Source: an uncultured bacterium (lineage in GTDB: Bacteria; Chloroflexota; UBA5177; JANWHV01). Taken from it: 64,000 bases of DNA. The notes under the pieces are model-generated. The model saw only the letters and a program-made list of their open reading frames with translations, was not told the DNA's origin and ran no database searches. A program made the translations under genes and the position numbers. Below, in pieces: positions 60,018 through 64,000 of the stretch; positions within the stretch are counted from its first letter, which is position 1, and every line of letters begins with the position of its first letter. The stretch spans positions 1,376,001-1,440,000 of the forward strand of contig CAWHAE010000012.1 of NCBI GenBank assembly GCA_963827235.1, given 5' to 3'.

Positions 60018-61106
60018 TCAGTCCGCGGAGTCCCAGCGGAACGTGCGGGTCGCTACTGCAAACCCTACCACCGCGGTAATTGCCAGCACGCCGAAGTCCG
60101 TGCCGATGGAGTCGAGGCTGTTGCCCTTCTCCATCACGTCGCGCAGTCCATTCACCAGGTAGGTGAGCGGAAGCACGTTGACGATCGGCTTCAGCCAGCC
60201 GGGCGCTCCAGACAGCGGGAAGTAGACACCGCTGAGGAACATCATAGGCATAGTCAAGAGGTTACCGATCGCGCTGGCCGCCTCTTCCGTGGCCGCGAGG
60301 CCGGAGACCGCGAAGCCGATGGTCAGAAAAGCCAGTCCGCCGACCAGGCTGAGCAGGACGACGGAGGTCAGGCCGCCCTGGATGTGCACGCCAAAGAGCA
60401 CGGTTGCGGACAGGAGCAGCACGGCGATCTGCGCCAGCACGACGATGAGCTGGCTGACCACGTTGGACAGCACAAACTCCCAGGCGCGCATGGGAGTGGC
60501 GCGCAGGCGCTTCAGGATACGCTTCTCACGATAGCCGACCATGCGCGAGGCAATGCCGATGATCCCTGCGGTCATGATCGAGAAGCCCAGCACTCCCGGC
60601 GCCAGGAAGTCGATGTAGCGCGTGCTGACCGAGGCAATGCCTTCCTGATGCAGGACGATCTGCGGTAACAGGTGCGATTGGCGCTCAATGAGCTGCTCGT
60701 TGACACCCTGTACCACCTGGCTGACCAGCGAGACGGTGGCGTCGGACTGGCTGAGATTGGTCTGGTCATAGTACAGCGTGACCTGGACCGGCTGCCCGGG
60801 AGCGGTCGGGGTATCCGGTACTGCCACGACCGCGTCGCGATCGCCCTTCTTGAGCGCGGCGCGCTCAGCGGACTCGGTCCCGGTCTTGAGCGTGATGCCG
60901 TGAATTGCCTGCAGTTGTTCGGTGATCAGCGCGGCGACCGGACCCTTGCCCGTGACGCCGATCGTGGCGCCAAAGCTATTGTTATTCAGGACAAGCCCAA
61001 TCAAGGTCATGAGGATGAGGGGGAACGCGAGATTCCAAAACAACGCCTGGCGGGCCCGGAACGTCATTTTGACGTTGGCCACGGTCATGCTAGCTAAGCG
61101 GCTCAT
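60018..61106 (-). CDS. ABC-2 exporter permease
   Basis: FWNLAFP, YIDFLAPG, KRLRATP, FLSGVYFP. Confidence 0.9.
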   Translation of the reverse strand: MSRLASMTVANVKMTFRARQALFWNLAFPLILMTLIGLVLNNNSFGATIGVTGKGPVAALITEQLQAIHGITLKTGTESAERAALKKGDRDAVVAVPDTPTAPGQPVQVTLYYDQTNLSQSDATVSLVSQVVQGVNEQLIERQSHLLPQIVLHQEGIASVSTRYIDFLAPGVLGFSIMTAGIIGIASRMVGYREKRILKRLRATPMRAWEFVLSNVVSQLIVVLAQIAVLLLSATVLFGVHIQGGLTSVVLLSLVGGLAFLTIGFAVSGLAATEEAASAIGNLLTMPMMFLSGVYFPLSGAPGWLKPIVNVLPLTYLVNGLRDVMEKGNSLDSIGTDFGVLAITAVVGFAVATRTFRWDSAD

Positions 61107-62068
61107 GCGCGGAGCTTCCTCCCTGTCAGGTGAATGAACACGTCCTCGAGATTGCCGCCGCGCACCTGCAAATTACTCAGCTCCAGGCCGAGCTCGGTAG
61201 CCATATGCAGCAGCCCACCCAGGGTCTCCTGCGGCTCGTCGGTGTGGATCTCGAAGCCATCGTCGTCCAAGCGGGCGTCTACCACGCCGGGCAGGGCCTC
61301 CATGCGCGTGAGCGGAAGCGGTCTGGCGGTCGAGCCGCTGATCACGGGCCGCAGGTCGAGGCCGGCGATCAGGCCGCGTGGGGTATCCAGGGCCAGGATC
61401 TCGCCATGGTCCATGATTGCCACCCGGTCGCAGAGGGTCTCTGCTTCTTCCATGTAGTGAGTGGTCAGAACCACGGTCTGGCCGTGGGCATTGATCTGCT
61501 GCACGAGCTCCCAGAGGTTCCGCCGCGCCTGGGGATCGAGGCCGGTGGTCGGCTCGTCGAGGAAGATGACCTGCGGCCTGTTCACGAGCGTGAGCGCGAT
61601 CGAGAGGCGCTGCTGCTGGCCGCCCGACAGCTCGCGCACGTAGCTGTTCCGCTTTTCGCTCAGGTTCACCGTGGCGAGCAAGTCCTCGAGCTCGGCATCG
61701 GTCATGCCGTGTGCATAGAACGAGGCGAAGAGGCGCAGGATCTCGAAGTTCTTGAGGTGAATGAACAGCGCGGTGCTCTGAAGCTGGACGCCGATGATCT
61801 CTTTGAGCAGCGCGGGCTGGCGGACGGCGTCGATGCCGGAAACGTCGATCGAGCCGGCATCCGGCCGCCGCAGTCCTTCGATCATCTCCAGGGTGGTAGT
61901 CTTCCCGGCCCCGTTCGGGCCCAGGATGCCGAAGACCTCGCCGCGCCGGATCTCGAGGTCCACGTGTTTGACGGCAACGACCTTGCCGTATGCCTTGTGG
62001 AGTCCGTTGATGGCGATGACCGCCTGACCGGTCTCCACGCTAGTCGCTGAGGTAGCCAACGAAAGCAC
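61103..62068 (-). CDS. ABC exporter ATP-binding protein
   Basis: GPNGAGKTT, LSGGQQQR, FLDEPTTGLD. Confidence 0.95.
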   Translation of the reverse strand: MLSLATSATSVETGQAVIAINGLHKAYGKVVAVKHVDLEIRRGEVFGILGPNGAGKTTTLEMIEGLRRPDAGSIDVSGIDAVRQPALLKEIIGVQLQSTALFIHLKNFEILRLFASFYAHGMTDAELEDLLATVNLSEKRNSYVRELSGGQQQRLSIALTLVNRPQVIFLDEPTTGLDPQARRNLWELVQQINAHGQTVVLTTHYMEEAETLCDRVAIMDHGEILALDTPRGLIAGLDLRPVISGSTARPLPLTRMEALPGVVDARLDDDGFEIHTDEPQETLGGLLHMATELGLELSNLQVRGGNLEDVFIHLTGRKLRA

Positions 62069-62444
62069 TCCTTTGCTGACCGCACGCCGTGCCGTGTCGA
62101 TTTATGCCTGTTGCCCGGCACCGCGTCTCGATTCCAGAGTACGTGAGTGCGCGTCATGGCAAGGAGTGCGGAAAGTCATGGTCCGGCACGTCACGTTCGG
62201 CCGGCTGAGAGCGCAGGGGCGATGGTCGTCTCGACGCCGGCGGCCAGAGCGATGTCGTCGCCAACACCACGACGCTTGGTTCTCCAACGTAACCGTTGCG
62301 AATTAGGGGCTGATGTGGGTGCGTGTTGTGTGTTTTGGGTGGTGCCGGAACCCGGTGCGGCGCAGACTTAAGAGCAGGAGGACAGGCTCACACACGGGCG
62401 TATCGGACAACCTCCTCGAATGACAACTGGAGAAGTAGAAAACG

Positions 62445-63902
62445 ATGAGCAAGCTCATGGGTCCAGCCAAACTGCTCGCCTCGGCCACGGCATCCATGCT
62501 CATGCTGGCCATGGTCCATCCCGCGTTTGCCGACAGGTCGATAGCTCCGTCAGGTGCCCCGGTAGGGCGCGGCCCGCTGGTCACGCCTACCCCTCCCGTC
62601 GCGGCGCTGCAGGCAAACCGTGGGCCGGGCCCCGGCATGCTCGCCCGAAGCGTTCTGCCCCATCCCGCCAGGCCGCGGCCCGCGGCCTTCGTCAAACCAA
62701 TCGGCACGCCACCACCGGCAGCGGTTCCGCATGGCGGGTATGTCGACGCTCCTGGTGAGTACGACCTGCAGCCATCCGCGTCGGCGGTAACCGTGAAATG
62801 GTATGACCGCTCCGACAACGAGCTGGGATTCAAGGTGTTCCGCCGCGACACGTCCGGCAACTGGCAGTTGGTCTACCAGGTCGCGACCCGCAATACGCCC
62901 GGCAGCGGGACCGGCAGCGAGCAAGGAGGGACCGACTACACCTGGGTGGATACCAGCACCAGCATAAGCGGCCAGTGCTACAGGATCGCCGCGTACAACG
63001 CCACGGCTATCAGCTACACCGGCGAGGAGTGCACGGTACGCCCGGACCCCAGCCGGTTTCCGCAGTATGTCGGCGGCGCCGCGCCGCAGTGGAGCGGATT
63101 GAGCGACACGAACGGCGGCACCGGTAATCTCGTGAACACGAACCTCGAGCAGCACCTGAAGTACGGCAACCAGACCTGGGGTGTCAACCTGATCTGGGCC
63201 GACAGCTCGTTGTGGAGGGTCGAGGCGCAGGGCGGGCCGCATCTGATGAAAGGGCAGGCCGTGGCGATCAAAGTCTGGGGCGGCGGCTGGCTGAAGTACG
63301 GCACTCAGACCTTTGGTGTGGACCTGCAACTGTCGTCCACGCCGGTGTACGAGTGGTACGCCATCGGCATGCGGGGTGACGCCAGCGAAGAATCATGGGC
63401 CGGCCACGACCTTACGGACGCCGGGACGTTCGCGCTGTGGAACAGCAGCGCGCAGGCGTACCTCGTTCATGGCTACGAGACCTGGGGCATCAGCCTCAAG
63501 TGGTACAGGGTGGGCGGCGGGTCAACGGCGTCGCCGACCCCAACCTCTACGCAGCACGGCGTGAAGACCGAGCGGGTGTTGAACTGTTCGGTCGACCAGC
63601 AACCGGTTGAGGTGTGGATCGCCGATCAGACGGCCGGTGGCGGGTTCATCGACAAGGGCCGAGTCGACCAGCAGTACGGGTCGGACGGCTGCCCTACCGC
63701 CGGCAGCGTGCCGCTCACCTTCAGCCCGCTCTCCGGTCATCACTATCTGCTGGTCGCCACCGACAGTGCGTTGCCCGGCTGTGACGGCAGTAACGACCCG
63801 CAGCAGGGCGAGTGCCAGAAGATGACCGTGCAGTTCGACGGTGACGCGAACGGCTACACGCGGACCGACACCGTCGACATCGGCACCGTGATCACACCGT
63901 GA
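62445..63902 (+). CDS. secreted multidomain protein (signal peptide, Pro-rich linker, FN3-like domain, three-fold repeat domain)
   Basis: AFA signal cleavage site, WYDRSDNELGFKVFRR, three L(K/V)xGxxT(W/F)Gxx L repeats. Confidence 0.75.
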   Translation: MSKLMGPAKLLASATASMLMLAMVHPAFADRSIAPSGAPVGRGPLVTPTPPVAALQANRGPGPGMLARSVLPHPARPRPAAFVKPIGTPPPAAVPHGGYVDAPGEYDLQPSASAVTVKWYDRSDNELGFKVFRRDTSGNWQLVYQVATRNTPGSGTGSEQGGTDYTWVDTSTSISGQCYRIAAYNATAISYTGEECTVRPDPSRFPQYVGGAAPQWSGLSDTNGGTGNLVNTNLEQHLKYGNQTWGVNLIWADSSLWRVEAQGGPHLMKGQAVAIKVWGGGWLKYGTQTFGVDLQLSSTPVYEWYAIGMRGDASEESWAGHDLTDAGTFALWNSSAQAYLVHGYETWGISLKWYRVGGGSTASPTPTSTQHGVKTERVLNCSVDQQPVEVWIADQTAGGGFIDKGRVDQQYGSDGCPTAGSVPLTFSPLSGHHYLLVATDSALPGCDGSNDPQQGECQKMTVQFDGDANGYTRTDTVDIGTVITP

Positions 63903-63956
63903 GCCAGCACGGCTCTGTCAGTCCGTTCGTGGGCGAACAGTCCTGATCATCGCCCT

Positions 63957-63991
63957 GCCAGGCCATGCCGGCCATGGCGGCATGGCCTGGC
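63957..63991 (+). terminator. GC-rich hairpin after the secreted-protein gene
   Basis: GCCAGGCCATGCCG/CGGCATGGCCTGGC inverted repeat. Confidence 0.45.
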
Positions 63992-64000
63992 GACGTGTTG

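Noticed and set aside
62070-62440. Possible riboswitch in a long intergenic region
   Set aside because: No known aptamer consensus recognised. An Rfam/Infernal scan would be needed.

Overview
High-GC bacterial DNA, plausibly Chloroflexota-like (inferred from gene families and GAAC-N4-GTTC SOS boxes). About 1-22 kb is a decaying defence and mobile-element island. It holds an AAA ATPase/DUF4276 pair, a permuted DUF5131 cassette, an HNH pair, remnants of a DISARM-like helicase/SNF2/methylase system, two RelE-type TA modules, a tyrosine recombinase, and an SMC-ATPase/unknown/PD-(D/E)xK nuclease operon with a convergent methyltransferase. The SMC gene is split by a 3261-bp large-serine-recombinase element. 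The main finding is that this element's first gene has its RBS and ATG at the element's right end, so the gene is complete only in the excised circle. About 22.5-64 kb is mostly metabolic: menFDHB/menAE, pepF, narKGHJI with an Fnr/Crp-type class II promoter, mobA, a tandem ADP-ribosylglycohydrolase, a LacI-controlled fructosamine (frlB/frlD/ABC) cluster with a duplicated promoter, and assorted transport, redox and secreted proteins. No rRNA, tRNA or CRISPR array was seen. Family assignments come from motif recognition by eye, not database searches.
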